A stretch of 64,000 nucleotides of DNA from an uncultured delta proteobacterium (GCA_963804165.1 CAWDPO010000046.1:64001-128000), one strand, 5' to 3'; positions 48,201 to 59,946 are shown, counted from the first letter of the stretch. Numbers and translations are program-made. The notes: generated by a model from the letters alone, not told the origin.

Positions 48201-51200
48201 CCGCGGCGCCGGGGACGTTGGCTTGACCCCCCAAGCGGCCTTCGACGCCGACTTCGCGCGCGACCGTGGTGACCTGTTCGGCGAAAATCGCCAGCGTGCC
48301 GGTCATGCCGTTGATCGTTTCGGCCAGGGCTGCGACTTCACCCTTTGCTTCGACGGTCAGTTTCTCCTTGAAGCTGCCGTTGGCGACGGCGGTGACGACT
48401 TTGACGATACCCCGCACTTGAGCGGTCAGATTAGCGGCCATGACATTGGCGTTGTCCGTTAAGTCTTTCCAGGTGCCGGCGACGCCCGGGACGACGGCCT
48501 GGCCGCCGAGCTTGCCTTCGGTGCCGACTTCCCGGGCGACGCGGGTGACTTCGGCGGCGAAGGCATTCAACTGATCGACCATGGTGTTCATCGCTTCTTT
48601 GAGTTGAAGAATTTCGCCGCGCACGTCGACGGTGATCTTTTTCGACAGGTCGCCGTTGGCCACCGCGATGGTGACGTCGGCGATGTTACGCACCTGAGCG
48701 GTCAGGTTACCGGCCATCAGGTTGACGTTGTCGGTTAAGTCTTTCCAAGTACCGGCGACACCCGGCACGACGGCCTGGCCGCCGAGCTTGCCTTCGGTGC
48801 CGACTTCGCGGGCGACGCGTGTAACTTCGGCGGCGAAGGCGTTCAACTGATCGACCATCGTGTTAATCGTATCTTTGAGCTGGAGAATCTCGCCCTTGAC
48901 GTCGACGGCGATTTTTTTCGATAAGTCGCCGTTGGCGACAGCGATGGTGACGTCGGCGATGTTACGCACCTGAGCGGTCAAGTTCCCGGCCATGGCATTG
49001 ACGCTATCGGTCAAGTCTTTCCACGTTCCTGCGACGCCTGGCACGACGGCCTGGCCACCGAGCTTGCCGTCGGTGCCGACTTCGCGGGCGACGCGGGTGA
49101 CTTCGGCGGCGAAGGCGTTCAACTGATCAACCATGGTATTAATCGTGTCTTTGAGCTGAAGAATTTCGCCCTTTACGTCGACGGTAATTTTCTTCGACAG
49201 GTCGCCGTTGGCGACGGCGATGGTGACATCCGCGATGTTACGGACCTGAGCGGTCAGATTGCCGGCCATCATGTTGACGCTCTCGGTCAAATCCTTCCAG
49301 ACGCCGCTGACGTCGCGGACTTGCGCCTGGCCGCCGAGCTTGCCTTCGGTACCGACCTCGCGGGCCACGCGGGTGACTTCGGCGGCGAAGGCGTTCAACT
49401 GATCAACCATGGTATTCATCGCTTCTTTGAGTTGAAGAATTTCACCGCGCACGTCGACGGTAATTTTTTTCGACAGGTCGCCGTTGGCGACGGCGATGGT
49501 GACATCCGCGATGTTACGGACCTGAGCGGTCAGATTGCCGGCCATCATGTTGACGCTCTCGGTCAAATCCTTCCAGACGCCGCTGACGTCACGCACCTGC
49601 GCCTGGCCGCCGAGCTTGCCTTCGGTACCGACCTCGCGAGCCACGCGGGTAACTTCGGCGGCGAAGGCGTTCAACTGATCGACCATGGTATTGATCGCTT
49701 CTTTGAGCTGAAGGATTTCGCCCTTGACGTCGACGGTAATTTTCTTCGACAAGTCGCCGTTGGCGACCGCGATGGTGACCTCGGCAATGTTACGCACCTG
49801 CGCAGTCAAGTTACCGGCCATGATGTTGACGCTCTCGGTCAAGTCTTTCCAGACGCCGCTGACGTCGCGGACCTGCGCCTGGCCACCGAGCTTGCCTTCG
49901 GTGCCGACTTCGCGAGCGACGCGGGTGACTTCGGCGGCAAAACTGCGGAGCTGATCGACCATCGTATTGATCGCTTCTTTGAGCTGGAGAATTTCACCGC
50001 GCACGTCGACGGTGATTTTCTTGGAAAGATCGCCGTTGGCAACCGCGATGGTGACGTCCGCGATGCTGCGCACCTGGGCGGTCAAGTTGCCGGCCATGAA
50101 ATTGACGTTGTCCGTCAAATCTTTCCAGGTACCAGCGACGCCAGGGACGACGGCCTGGCCGCCGAGCTTGCCGTCGGTGCCGACCTCGCGCGCCACGCGG
50201 GTGACTTCCGCGGCAAAGCTGCGGAGCTGATCGACCATCGTATTGATTGTGTCTTTGAGCTGGAGAATTTCGCCTTTGGCGTCGACGGCGATTTTCTTCG
50301 ACAAATCGCCGCTTGCCACGGCGACGGTGACGTCGGCGATGTTACGGACTTGGGCGGTCAAGTTACCGGCCATGGCGTTAACGCTATCGGTCAAGTCTTT
50401 CCAGGTACCGGCGACGCCGGGGACCACGGCCTGACCGCCGAGCTTGCCGTCGGTGCCGACCTCGCGCGCGACGCGAGTGACCTCCGCGGCAAAGCTGCGG
50501 AGCTGATCGACCATCGTATTGATCGCTTCTTTGAGCTGGAGAATTTCACCGCGCACGTCGACGGTGATTTTTTTCGACAAGTCGCCGTTGGCCACGGCGA
50601 TGGTGACGTCAGCGATGCTGCGTACTTGAGCCGTGAGGTTGCCAGCCATCATGTTAACGTTGTCTGTCAAATCTTTCCAAGTGCCGGCGACGCCGGGGAC
50701 GACGGCCTGGCCGCCGAGCTTCCCTTCAGTGCCGACCTCGCGCGCCACGCGGGTGACTTCTCCGGCGAAGGCGTCGAGCTGCTTCACCATGCCGTTAACC
50801 ATTTTCGCCGTGCTCAAGAACTCACCGCGCAGCGGCTGGCCTTCGGCTTCCAAAGCGACAGTCTCGGTGAGATTACCCTTGGCGACCGCGCCGATGACGC
50901 GGGCCATTTCCGCCGTTGGGCGGACTAGGTTTTCGATCAGTTCATTGAGCGCATCGACCCGACTCTTCCAAGATCCCTTGCCCGACGAAGGCGCGACTCG
51001 CTGGGATAATTTTCCATCGCGCCCGACGACACGACTGACGCGCTCGATCTCTTTGGTGTTTTCCGACATCATTTCGATGATATCGTTGAACGTGTCGGCG
51101 ATCTTGCCGTCGATGCCAGCCCAGCTCGTCGGCAACCGAACCGTGAAATCTCCCTTTCTTACGGAGGCGAGTGTTTGCAGGAGCTGTTTGGTGTCGAGCC

Positions 51201-51237
51201 TGTCTTCGTCGACGCTGCGAGCCACGTGCTTTGCCAT
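45226..51237 (-). CDS. Poly-HAMP hybrid histidine kinase (HAMP repeats-GAF-HisKA-HATPase-3xREC; OsaA/Nik1-like)
   Basis: Ten VT(R/T)VAREVG 92-aa repeats; GAF; [14 protein letters not shown]; [10 protein letters not shown]; GGTGLGL; three receiver domains. Confidence 0.95.
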   Translation of the reverse strand: MAKHVARSVDEDRLDTKQLLQTLASVRKGDFTVRLPTSWAGIDGKIADTFNDIIEMMSENTKEIERVSRVVGRDGKLSQRVAPSSGKGSWKSRVDALNELIENLVRPTAEMARVIGAVAKGNLTETVALEAEGQPLRGEFLSTAKMVNGMVKQLDAFAGEVTRVAREVGTEGKLGGQAVVPGVAGTWKDLTDNVNMMAGNLTAQVRSIADVTIAVANGDLSKKITVDVRGEILQLKEAINTMVDQLRSFAAEVTRVAREVGTDGKLGGQAVVPGVAGTWKDLTDSVNAMAGNLTAQVRNIADVTVAVASGDLSKKIAVDAKGEILQLKDTINTMVDQLRSFAAEVTRVAREVGTDGKLGGQAVVPGVAGTWKDLTDNVNFMAGNLTAQVRSIADVTIAVANGDLSKKITVDVRGEILQLKEAINTMVDQLRSFAAEVTRVAREVGTEGKLGGQAQVRDVSGVWKDLTESVNIMAGNLTAQVRNIAEVTIAVANGDLSKKITVDVKGEILQLKEAINTMVDQLNAFAAEVTRVAREVGTEGKLGGQAQVRDVSGVWKDLTESVNMMAGNLTAQVRNIADVTIAVANGDLSKKITVDVRGEILQLKEAMNTMVDQLNAFAAEVTRVAREVGTEGKLGGQAQVRDVSGVWKDLTESVNMMAGNLTAQVRNIADVTIAVANGDLSKKITVDVKGEILQLKDTINTMVDQLNAFAAEVTRVAREVGTDGKLGGQAVVPGVAGTWKDLTDSVNAMAGNLTAQVRNIADVTIAVANGDLSKKIAVDVKGEILQLKDTINTMVDQLNAFAAEVTRVAREVGTEGKLGGQAVVPGVAGTWKDLTDNVNLMAGNLTAQVRNIADVTIAVANGDLSKKITVDVRGEILQLKEAMNTMVDQLNAFAAEVTRVAREVGTEGKLGGQAVVPGVAGTWKDLTDNANVMAANLTAQVRGIVKVVTAVANGSFKEKLTVEAKGEVAALAETINGMTGTLAIFAEQVTTVAREVGVEGRLGGQANVPGAAGIWKDLTDNVNLLAANLTTQVRAIADVATAVTKGDLTREIQVDARGEVVELKDNINAMIQNLRATTDQNTEQDWLKTNLAKFTNMLQGQRELTTVGQMLLSELAPLVNAQCGAMYQMDSSNGQPHLAMLASYARAMTQEERSRLALGDGLVGQCAVEKRPILLSDIPNEYVRITSSLGDAQPRNLIVLPVLFEGETKAVIELATLSQFTSTHLTFLSQLTESIGIVLNTIEATMRTEGLLQQSQKLASELQAQQRELQQTNDELGHKAQQLAEQNAEVERKNQEIEQARYALEEKAAELALTSKYKSEFLANMSHELRTPLNSILILAQQLAENAEGNLTPKQVEFSRNVHAAGADLLNLISDILDLSKIESGTVTVEPEEVLFTSVRDAVERSFRHIAESKHLAFEIEMDPELSRSLSTDVKRLQQVLKNLLSNAFKFTSQGRVTFGMNVATSGWTTDHVALNNAARVIAFEVRDTGIGISPDKQKIIFEAFHQADAGTSRRYGGTGLGLAISRELAALLGGEIRLNSAPGRGSVFTFYLPENYLGPHVTVPSETRAAMHPAPLIVQQASKPEQIPDDREMVSSDDAVVLIVEDDPHFANVLLGMVREKGLKGVVSTHGSHVRSLAHQFRPLAIMLDIFLPDMLGWTVLNQLKQDPSTRHIPVQIISVEEERLQGLGHGAFSYLIKPATTDDLKKAFDRVMQYAQSRQRRLLVVEDNEIERQSIVELLNHDDVEIFTAATGAEALDQLRDKNFDCLILDLRLPDISGFDLMENIRQNPELRELPIVVCTGKDLTEDDGQRLARMAESVVLKDVQSPERLLDEVSLFLHLFASDLPSGKRQMLERLRQSDEALIGRKVLVVDDDVRNIFALTSLLEQHGVHVVNAENGTEAISLLDEDREIDAVLMDIMMPEMDGYETMRRIRLNSKHRLLPILALTAKAMKGDREKCLDAGASDYIAKPVDTEELLALLRIWLFGKQRIARVNYELRTDS
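48100..50800 (-). repeat. 276-nt intragenic tandem repeats encoding HAMP pairs
   Basis: Recurrent gccgagcttgcc(t/g)tcggt(g/a)ccgac every 276 nt; boundaries approximate. Confidence 0.9.
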
Positions 51238-51733
51238 CGGTTTCTCCTAATGATGAATAGCGTTATGGATAAAACTTGCTGAGCGCGGTTGGGGAATCGC
51301 CGGAGGATATTTTGCTTTTCTTTCGAGCGGGCTTCTGAAATCGATTGCCGGCATGGGTTGGATTGCAAAGCCTTGATGCAAGAATTCAATTTGCGAATCT
51401 GCGCGTGGCTGGCGTCGCAGGTAAGGACAGGTAAGCGGTTTCACCTGTCCGTTGTAGTACTCGATTTGGCATGTCGGCTCATGGCCTAACCCGTAGTGGC
51501 CTAGTATGTCAAGGGTGTAACACGTCGCCACGGTGGCTTATTGAGTTGTCGGGAATTGTCAGACAAATAGCGAAATCGGCCCCTATTGGCGCAAATTCCG
51601 AGCCATCAACGAATTTCGCGTGAATGCTTAAAATATAAATAGATACAAAGACATCCCCGAGATCATGGGCACCAGAATGTATGTGTTTATCGCAATGACT
51701 GTCGGATTTTTTCGCACAGTCTGCGTATCGGAA

Positions 51734-52447
51734 TCACAATGGCTCGGAGGCGGGAGCTTTGATCGTTGCTTTCAACGGCAGATGGTCAGAAGCGGTGCGG
51801 GTGAGAGGGGTCTGAACCCGGGACACCTTGACCAGCGCCGCCGCCGGTGACACCCATATGCGGTCGAGGGCGAATAGGGGAAACGCAGCCGGAAAGGTGC
51901 GCACGAGCGCGGTTTTGCCAAGCTGCGTGTGAATCCAGCGCAGCGACCGTCCGGTCGGCAACCATTCATTGAAGTCGCTCAATATGATAACCGTCGGAGC
52001 GCGCGGCTCTGACAATGCGAGCAAAAGTTTTCTTACCTGAAAGCGCCGCTCGGGCGCGCGCAGCCCAAGGTGGGTGACAATCACGCGCACGGTTGCGCCG
52101 CCGATTTCCAGGTCGGCATCAATGGCGCCGCGCGGTTCGCGACCGGGATAACTGAGATTCAAATTGTGCACCGCCAGGACTTTGTAGCTGGTCAGTAGAA
52201 CATTTCCATAGTGTCCGTTTCTGCGCTCGACGGCGGGCCCCGGAATGGCGCGCAATCCCGTGGCGGCGGACAAATAATTCATCTGATGCAATTCTTCCGT
52301 ACCGCTCGCATCGCTATGCACTTCCTGCAGCCCAATGATCTGGGCGCCACTTTGATTAATCACCTCAGCGATACGGGCCGGATTACGCTGGCGGTCCGAG
52401 CCGACGCACTCGTGAATGTTATAGGACAGCACAGAAAAAACTTGCAT
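51734..52447 (-). CDS. Endonuclease/exonuclease/phosphatase family protein (YbhP-like)
   Basis: LSYNIH, IGLQEV, YGNVLL, THLGL, DFNEW, RTFPA, LDRI, ASDHLP. Confidence 0.92.
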   Translation of the reverse strand: MQVFSVLSYNIHECVGSDRQRNPARIAEVINQSGAQIIGLQEVHSDASGTEELHQMNYLSAATGLRAIPGPAVERRNGHYGNVLLTSYKVLAVHNLNLSYPGREPRGAIDADLEIGGATVRVIVTHLGLRAPERRFQVRKLLLALSEPRAPTVIILSDFNEWLPTGRSLRWIHTQLGKTALVRTFPAAFPLFALDRIWVSPAAALVKVSRVQTPLTRTASDHLPLKATIKAPASEPL

Positions 52448-52459
52448 GACCGCGGTGGC

Positions 52460-54619
52460 TCAGCGAAGTTCCGCCGTTCTTACCGCCGTCGGCATTTTCC
52501 GTCTGGCGGGGCTTTGCTTGCCGGCGAGCCAGCGGCGAATCGCGAAAATGCACAGCAGCATGACAATCACGGCGGCGATGAGAACGGCAAAGGTCACTGC
52601 GCTCGGACTGCGGATCATTTGTTCGAGCTGGTTCTCAAATAATGTTATTCCCACGATCCCCGGACTCATTCCTAGAAGTGTGCCAAAGACAAAATCCCGA
52701 ATGGGAACATGGACGGCACCAGCCGCCAAGTTGACCAACGAATAGGGGGCCACGGGGATCATCCGCACCGCCGCCACCGCCAATACACCGTGCCTTGAGA
52801 TCAGGCGATTCATGCGGCTTAAGCGCTTGCCGGCGAAACGCACGACGTTTTTTCGTCCCAACTGGCGGCCGATCGCGTAGAGAAAAATAGCGCTCAGAAG
52901 ACAGCCGACTAACGAATAGATCATTGCCGTCCATGGACTAAAGGCGTAAGCGGTGGCAAGGATGAGGACCGTGACGGGGAAGGCAGTAATGCCGCCCAGG
53001 AGGAAAGCGCCGATAATCCACAACGGGGCGCTTGGGGTTTCTTGCAGCGACGCGGCCCAAGCTTCGATCGTGTTGAGATCGACCAATTCCCGCAAGGCGG
53101 TCCAGCGCCACGCTGCCGCCAGCGCAAACATGAAAACCAAGATCAGCGCGCCGCGTAGCAGCGCGCCGCTGGAAGATCCGCGCTCTTCGGATAAAACGAA
53201 TTCGTCGATCAGCTTTTCCGGAGCGATGGCGGACTCGGGATCGAGGATCGCCGACTCGGGGATCATTTGATCGAGCCATTCCGGCACGGAGCAATCGACG
53301 AGCTCCAACGTGCGTGCGCGGCTTGTGCGTAATTTTTTGATCGTGGCGGTCAGAGATCGTGTTTCGGTCAGTATTCGACCCACATGGTCGGGAGTCGAGC
53401 CGAGATGCTCTGCCAGTAGCGAATTTCTCAATCGTGCGATCGCGGTTTCAGTCTGCTCGTTGCCGGCAGATTCCAATGCGAGATCGCATTCAGTGTCGAG
53501 ACCCAGGGAACGGTTGCTGATGTTAGCCGAGCCGATGCGAATGAATTGATCGTCGGCGATCAAAATCTTCGAATGTACCGACAGACAGTACGCGCTTTGA
53601 CCTTCGATGACCGGACAGAAGACGCGAAGTCTGCGATGCTGATCGGCGTCGCGCAATTTTTTTGTCTGACGCGCGCGTAGGACGTCCATCGTCGCGCTCT
53701 CCAACCAGCCTTGGCTTGCCTGTGATATGACGATGACGACCTCCGGTCCCGCCGCGGCGCGCAGGCAGTTTGCCAGAGCCTCGCCGACGACTGCGGACGT
53801 CAGATACTGGTTTTCGATATAGATCCATTGTCGCGCCGCCGCGATACTGTCTTGGAAAAGCTTTTCAATTTCTCTGGTGCCTTTATTGCTGCCAAACTGC
53901 GGTTCGGTGCGGGCGATTGCCACTTTAACGTTGCTTACGTCCGGCTCAAGCGAGGGCGGCCAGCGGTCGGCCGAGATTCCGGGCGGGCGCAGGCGCCGTC
54001 CGGTAACGCTCCGCCAACGCTGCCGCACCAGGTCGCCCAGTGCCGCGGCGATTTCACCCGAGACCGCCATGCCGACGTCGTGATGCGGCGTCGGAATAGT
54101 CCCGTTTACATCGATCCGTCGAATGTCCTGCGGTCGGTGCTCGGGCGTGTCCCAGCGTCCTCTGGCCAAATCGATCCCGCCGACGAATGCGACGGCATCG
54201 TCAATGACGACAATCTTGGAGTGATGTGAAGCGCCGACCGGATGATCCCCATCCATATGAAAATGCACTCGCGGATGGCGCTGCCAGCCCGGCGCGAAGA
54301 TCGGAGGCACTTCGCGCTCCAGCGCAAAAATCATCGCGAAGTCCCATGCCAGAATATGAATGTGAAGGTTCGGCCGGCGTGCTGCCAGTGAATTGAGATA
54401 GGTGCCCAGGTCGGGAAGCTTGTTTCGTCTCTCGCCTTCGACCTTCAAGTGAATGCGGCTGTCGAAGTCCCATCCCTGGATGAGGATCGATTCGCGCGCC
54501 TGATCGAACGCATCGGCGAGCGCCGCGAAGTAAGCCGCGCCATCGACGAGAAATTTGACGCGGGAGGCGTTGCGGATTTTCCAGCAATTGTGGCCTTCCC
54601 GGAGAATTTGTTGCGCCAT
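52460..54619 (-). CDS. Phospholipase D family protein fused to a VTT/SNARE-associated (DedA-like) membrane domain
   Basis: Two HKD motifs (HHSKIVVID, HSKILIAD..IGSAN); YIENQY; C-terminal RMIPVAPY..VN..AG, GTLLG..PG. Confidence 0.92.
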   Translation of the reverse strand: MAQQILREGHNCWKIRNASRVKFLVDGAAYFAALADAFDQARESILIQGWDFDSRIHLKVEGERRNKLPDLGTYLNSLAARRPNLHIHILAWDFAMIFALEREVPPIFAPGWQRHPRVHFHMDGDHPVGASHHSKIVVIDDAVAFVGGIDLARGRWDTPEHRPQDIRRIDVNGTIPTPHHDVGMAVSGEIAAALGDLVRQRWRSVTGRRLRPPGISADRWPPSLEPDVSNVKVAIARTEPQFGSNKGTREIEKLFQDSIAAARQWIYIENQYLTSAVVGEALANCLRAAAGPEVVIVISQASQGWLESATMDVLRARQTKKLRDADQHRRLRVFCPVIEGQSAYCLSVHSKILIADDQFIRIGSANISNRSLGLDTECDLALESAGNEQTETAIARLRNSLLAEHLGSTPDHVGRILTETRSLTATIKKLRTSRARTLELVDCSVPEWLDQMIPESAILDPESAIAPEKLIDEFVLSEERGSSSGALLRGALILVFMFALAAAWRWTALRELVDLNTIEAWAASLQETPSAPLWIIGAFLLGGITAFPVTVLILATAYAFSPWTAMIYSLVGCLLSAIFLYAIGRQLGRKNVVRFAGKRLSRMNRLISRHGVLAVAAVRMIPVAPYSLVNLAAGAVHVPIRDFVFGTLLGMSPGIVGITLFENQLEQMIRSPSAVTFAVLIAAVIVMLLCIFAIRRWLAGKQSPARRKMPTAVRTAELR

Positions 54620-54640
54620 CCACTGAAAATTCTACCAAAC

Positions 54641-54656
54641 TGAAAGCAAAGTACCA
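54641..54656 (-). promoter_or_regulatory. Possible variant sigma54 promoter
   Basis: TGGTAC-TTTGC-TTTCA, 22 nt upstream of the PLD start; -12 element deviates from consensus. Confidence 0.3.
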
Positions 54657-54669
54657 TATGCTTATGTGT

Positions 54670-55030
54670 AAAAGCGGCGGGTATTGTGGACTACTCAGAC
54701 CCGGGTAGTTTGTTCCACGCGGTATGATCGGCGACGGCTGACGGGGTTTACTTGTATGACGGAAGTGAAGAACTTTTTGGCGCCGCCGTGATGGTCTGGA
54801 TATTTTCAAAGGCCGCGACGATCGAATCCAAAGCTTTATGCCAAATGACAAAGTTAGCGCGCGCACTTCGCTGGGATTTGCTCGCACACCGGCTTATTTC
54901 AAAATGCCGCGCGACAGGCAGGCTGGACAAAGGCATTGAGAAAGTCGTGAAAGATGCGGCAAAGTGGCGCAGGATGCCGCAAGAATTTACCGTCGACTGG
55001 AGCTGTTTTGCGACAACGCGCCACCGGAGC
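54670..55030 (+). pseudogene. Possible decayed NMT1/SsuA binding-protein remnant
   Basis: Frame-hopping pieces EVKNFL, AAV, and DKGIEKVVKDAAK...EFTVDWS resemble the C-terminal third of the family. Confidence 0.25.
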
Positions 55031-55243
55031 CCGCCTTAGCACGTGAGCTCCGGTCTCAGCAATCGCGGGGCGTGTCATTTTTATGTTGCCGGATGATTCG
55101 GCAAGGCGACAGATCCCGCAACCGGACGAGGAGCGGATGTTAGTGATAATTTACTCCCCCGCTGCAAGTCGGAGGACGTTCAGTTAGATCACGATTGAAT
55201 CGTACATTTGCCGTAGCATGTCGATGGTGAGCGATGCTGGGTC

Positions 55244-55645
55244 TTAGTCCTGCGAGCTCACTGCGGTCTGCAGGGGCTTGCGATAAAGTTTAAAGCCACC
55301 GAATCCGTATTCGCCCACCGGCTTGTTGGTGCCCGCGTCGAAGAGATCGATCAGCATGAACTTCTCCGGATGACCCGCGAGATAGTTTGAAAATTTGTCC
55401 ACGAATTTTTCTTGGCTCTGAGCATCAGCTTTATGAAAAGCTTCACCGAGATATAAACGATGCGGCCGTGCTCGTGAGTCGAGACGCACCCAATATTGAG
55501 AACCTTGGGGTCCGAAGGTGTCGAGCCATTTTTTGTACTCGGCGATTTTAGCTTCCCGTACTTTGAATTCGTTGCCCTGCGCGGGTGAAACCTGCACGGC
55601 TATGATCCAAAGAACCATGAGTAGAGGAGCAATAAGTTTTGTCAT
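55244..55645 (-). CDS. Secreted hypothetical protein
   Basis: GGAGG RBS; signal peptide ending AQG; 133 aa. Confidence 0.8.
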   Translation of the reverse strand: MTKLIAPLLMVLWIIAVQVSPAQGNEFKVREAKIAEYKKWLDTFGPQGSQYWVRLDSRARPHRLYLGEAFHKADAQSQEKFVDKFSNYLAGHPEKFMLIDLFDAGTNKPVGEYGFGGFKLYRKPLQTAVSSQD

Positions 55646-55681
55646 GCGGTTGCCTCCGATAAGATTTGCTCAGGTCTCTAA

Positions 55682-55697
55682 CGCAAGGGTTCTGCCA
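55682..55697 (-). promoter_or_regulatory. sigma54 -24/-12 promoter
   Basis: TGGCAG-AACCC-TTGCG, 37 nt upstream of the ATG at 55645. Confidence 0.6.
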
Positions 55698-56111
55698 TCA
55701 AAAAGGGACGATCCAAAGGAAGGAAGCCTGGGCCAAAGTGAACCGATTCCGGTGCATTTGTCGCTTGTTGGAATGTCGAATTCACGAAATGGCGATGTAA
55801 CCGATCGGTGGCTTCATTCGGCTTTCGCACATTATCGCCCGCGATGGACGAAAGTCGTCCGCATCGCGAGTACCGTCACTCCACGTCACCGACGTTGCGG
55901 TAAACACCAATTTTCTAGATGGCCAAAACCCAATGAAAGTCGAGGTGGAAAATGCGTCGCACACGGAGGGCCAGTTTGGCGTGGTCACGAAGGCAACTCT
56001 CGTACACGCTATGGAACGGCTGGAGACAGAGCGCACGGTCCTGGAATCGTCACGACCGTTCATCAACAGAGTCGTAGAACCGCTGCTTGCACTTGTTGGA
56101 GTTCCCTCAGC

Positions 56112-57190
56112 TCACTTTACACGAAGAATCTTTTTCACTTGTTCTACAACTTGGGGCGGTTGAACCATGATGCGTTCGGCGACAGCTTGAAGGTCCTCAC
56201 CGGTTACCGGATCGATCGTCCAGCGCGCCGTCTGAGCTTCAGCTACGAGTTCGGGATCTCTCATGGCTCGCGAATAAGCTTCACGCAAAACTTTCACTCG
56301 CTCTGCGGGGGTGCCGGGAGGAGCCATCATAGGGTGACCGAACTGTTCTCCGGCCGTTAAAACCTCCATCGCTCGGCGATTCATATCGGTGGTTTTGTAC
56401 TGGTCCATCAGTTCGAAAATAGTCGGCGTGTCGGCCGCACGGGAGTCTCGTTTTCGGCCGGTCTGCAGCAAGTGACGATCGAAACCCTTTGCGTGCCAGG
56501 ACAAGAACGGCTCTCTGCTAAAGTGAGCGGTCAAGCCAGTGGCAACGACTCCTCACGACGCCAGTCGACCTGATTGGCTTCCTGATAGCCCAGCACAAGT
56601 TCGAATTTAGCGCCGATGGCATCTTCCAGGGCGACGATCAGGCTCGAGCTCTCCCAACCGGTGCCGCCGCATTTCGGCGGCACTTTGCTTTTGATTACAT
56701 CATCGATGGATTTAAACGGCGCATCCGCTTGCAAATAAAGTATCGCCGGATTGCGGTCCGGCGAACCGATCCAGAGAAATTTGCGCATCTGGAATTTCAC
56801 TTCCGAGTTGCCGACAAATTCGCCCATATAAATCTGTTGGGTCGGCATTCCGACCGTTAGCCCACCGGGCTTGGCGACGTTGTAGACGTAATTGGTTGCG
56901 ATCACCGATCCGGCGCCGGGCATGTTCTGAACGATGAAAGCGGGGTTTCCCGGCACGTACTTCGTCATGTAGCGAGCGAGCAGCCGTCCCCAGTAATCAT
57001 AGCCGCCACCGGGGCCGATAATCAGCCGCACCGTCTTGCCTTCGTAGAATGATCGGCTCTGCGCGTGAACAAGATCGGTTCGTCGCGAGCTGCTTTCGAA
57101 AAGCGCAACCGGTCCTAGTACACCGAGCATACATAGGGCGGCAAGCGCGGACAGGCTTGCCTGCTTGAAGCGTAGTTTCCTGGTTTTCAT
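56112..57190 (-). CDS. TctC/Bug family substrate-binding protein (frameshifted near 56540-56560)
   Basis: FYEGKTV, GGGYD, VQNMPGAGS (56531..57190), then APPGTPAERV, DPEL, VKKIL (56112..56534). Confidence 0.85.
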
Positions 57191-57221
57191 TAGCAGGTGA
57201 TGCTTCGCGGAGGTGTTTTGC

Positions 57222-57875
57222 TCATCTGCTCTTAACGCGAGGATCTTTGCCGCTGGCTTCCGGCCCGTCGTAGACGGTGTCCACGTCCATTACTTCGTAC
57301 GACGCCACGAATCGATATTTGTTGTCTCCCGAGTACGCCTGGCCGCAATAATGCGCCGGTCGAAGCTTGTCCAAAAGAACGCAACCATTGGCGTCAATGC
57401 AATCTTTGTCGACCGAGGCCGCGACGACCCGCCCAACCACCATCAAGCGAGTCTCGAACCATTGATGGGTCCATTCGACCCGGCATTCGAAGTGGCTTTT
57501 GTATTCTGCGATGCGCGGCGGCTTGACTACTTTTGATGGAAGCGTCGTGAGTCCGGCTTTCTCCAATTCATTCACACCCGCAGGGAAGGGGAGTCCCAGC
57601 GTTCTGACTTTTTCCAAAATCTGCCGGTCGAAGGAGGGAATATTCACGACAAATTCGTTGGTCGCCAAAACGTTTCTATAGGTGTCTTTGTGCGAGTCAA
57701 CACAAAACGCAATGCACGTGGGCTCGTGGTGCACTCTCACGCAGGTCGCGAAGGAGGCTGCGTTCACTCGGTTTTCCATATCGACGGTCGTAATCGATAC
57801 CACACACGCGACGGGCGTGAACAAGAGATCGAAATGCTCCTTTGGAACATCAACTTTTTCCACAGTGTTCTCCAT
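57222..57875 (-). CDS. Flavin reductase family protein (DIM6/NTAB-like)
   Basis: ITTVD...VNAA.F, KDTYRNV...EFVVNIP, VNELEKAGLT.LPS.VVKPPRIAE, FECR, VVGRV. Confidence 0.88.
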   Translation of the reverse strand: MENTVEKVDVPKEHFDLLFTPVACVVSITTVDMENRVNAASFATCVRVHHEPTCIAFCVDSHKDTYRNVLATNEFVVNIPSFDRQILEKVRTLGLPFPAGVNELEKAGLTTLPSKVVKPPRIAEYKSHFECRVEWTHQWFETRLMVVGRVVAASVDKDCIDANGCVLLDKLRPAHYCGQAYSGDNKYRFVASYEVMDVDTVYDGPEASGKDPRVKSR

Positions 57876-57940
57876 CGGTCGATTGATTGAATTGAATATT
57901 CCGGTTACCGGATTTGGGTTGCGCAGTGCTTGGATGAAAC

Positions 57941-57973
57941 GGCCCGCGCCGCACTGCGCACTGGGCGCGGGCC
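57941..57973. terminator. GC-rich stem-loop downstream of the TPP gene
   Basis: GGCCCGCGCC...GGCGCGGGCC. Confidence 0.45.
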
Positions 57974-57984
57974 ATGACTGGCTA

Positions 57985-59773
57985 TTAACCGTGGTTTCTT
58001 CTGTCGCAGACGGCGTCGATAAGGGCGGGCTTGCCTTTTTTGACTTGCTCGATTGCGCGTTTGAGCGCGCCTTTGAGATCGTCGGCATTTTCGAACGGAC
58101 CTTCGGAGTACCAGCCCATCGATTTTGCCAAGCCGGCGAAATCCGGATCGGGACCGTAGAGATCCATGCCGATGTGCGCGCGATTGGGATCGGTGCCGCG
58201 CGTTCGCGCGAGCACGAGCTGGTGGTTCCAGTCATTGTAGTAAGCGCGGTTGTTGAACATGACGACGAGCATCGGGATCTGATACTTCGCCGCGATCCAG
58301 AGCGCGCCGGCGTCGAACATCAGATCGCCGTCCGGCTGTAAATCGACAACGAGCCGGCCGGTGCCTTTATTGGCGAGCGCAACGCCGAGCGAAAGTCCGA
58401 TCTGCGTGCCGGTGCCGAATTCGCGGCCGGCGTGACAATAGGGCCGGTCGAAGTTCCAAAGCTTGTGGCCCCAGCTCCCCAGGTCCCCGGTGGTGAGCAC
58501 CCAGTCCTCGCCTTTGATCGCATCCCACACTTCGAGCGCCAGGCGCGGCACGGTCATCGGTTTCGAGTCCCAGTGCTCTTGAGCTTGCTTGCTCCACTTG
58601 GCGCGGTTTTCCGCGTGGCGTTTGCCGATCTCTTCGGTGCGTTTGGCGATCTTCTCGCGCAGGCCGGGAGTCTTGGCGATGCGCTCTTTCAAGAGTTTCG
58701 TCAATTGTGGCGCGGTGGTCACCGGATCTGCGGTCATGCGCTGCTGCGCATAGAAGGGCCGCGCGTAATCCATCGACCACTTGCTGATCTCGATATCGGT
58801 GAAGCCGATATCGATCCAAGTGGCATTCGGTTGCACTTTGCTGACGACGGTGCGGGTGGCGATGTCGCGCACGTGGGTCGGTTTCTCGAAGTCGGCGATG
58901 TCGAGGGTGAGGACAACGTCGACGCCCTGGTAGCAGCCGTCGGGGTCCATGGTGAGGTTGAGCGGATGATCGCTGGGGAAATTGAGCCGGGAGCCGACGT
59001 CCCACACCGAAGCGCCCAATGTTTCTGCCAACTCGACGACGTGACTCCAGCCATGCGGCGGGCGTGCGGCGAAATCGGCGATGATGGCGACCCGATTCGC
59101 GGCGGCTAAAGTATCGGCGGCTTTCGCCAGCGCTGCTGGATCCGCCGAACGGCGCTGTGGGCACGTCGATGGCGCCGGGCGGCGGCATCTCGACGTCGTG
59201 ATCCAATTGCGCTTCCTGCAAGCCGGCGTCGTAGACCATGTAGACCGGTCCTTGGCGCGCGCTCATCATCACCGAATAGGCGCGCGCGAAAGCTCCGGGC
59301 ACGCCGTCGACGGTGGTCGGCTGGTAATCCCACTTGACGAAATTGCGGATCGCTTCGCCTTGACCGTTGGCCGTATGAATCCAGTCGATGAACGGACGGC
59401 GCTTGGGCTCGGCCATCGGTCCGGTGGCGCCGATGATGAAAGACCGGCGCGCGATCGAGGTAGGCGTAGTAAATACCCATCGGCGCGTGCAGCAAGCCGA
59501 CCAGATTATGCACGATAGCGATCATCGGCTTGCCCTTGACGCGGGCGTAGCCATGGGCGATCTGCACGGCGATTTTTTCATGCTGGCAGAGCAGCATGGG
59601 CGGATCGTTCTCGCCGTAATTGACCAGAGAATCGTGCAGCCGCGATAACTCGCGCCCGGATTGAGCGCGATGTACTCGAAGCCGTAGCGCTTGATCATGT
59701 CGACGATGACGTCGGACTGCCATCGCTTGTCGGATTTTTTGATGGTCTCTACTCTTGGGGCTGGCTTTGCCAT
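57985..59773 (-). CDS. Thiamine pyrophosphate-dependent enzyme (acetolactate synthase / benzoylformate decarboxylase-like), about 3 frameshifts
   Basis: LNPGASYR.LHDSLVN, HEKIAV.IAHGYA, KWDYQP, GPVY, QPDGDLMF...FNNRAY, GKPALID. Confidence 0.88.
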
Positions 59774-59883
59774 GTAACTTTCCTCCTTGGGTATATTCGA
59801 TTTGTTAGTGCGGCGGTATCTAAGCTGTCTTTATTCTCAGAAAATGATGTTACTGAGTATCTCCTTAGATCGTTTCCATTGAA

Positions 59884-59946
59884 TGTTATTCTGAGCCGTA
59901 GGCGAAGAATCTCGGCTGAGATTCTTCACTATCGTTCAGGATGACA
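59884..59946. repeat. GTCATTCTGAG-family REP doublet
   Basis: tgttattctgag..gcgaagaatctc..gagattcttc..cgttcaggatgaca. Confidence 0.75.

Noticed and set aside
49321-50928. 535-aa plus-strand ORF and other long antisense ORFs (6020..7183, 14632..15600, 27554..28570, 47566..48462)
   Set aside because: Shadow frames of well-supported genes on the opposite strand in GC-rich or repetitive DNA; no motifs of their own.
55840-55868. Hairpin with GAAA (possible hammerhead ribozyme)
   Set aside because: No CTGATGA core nearby; a simple stem-loop.
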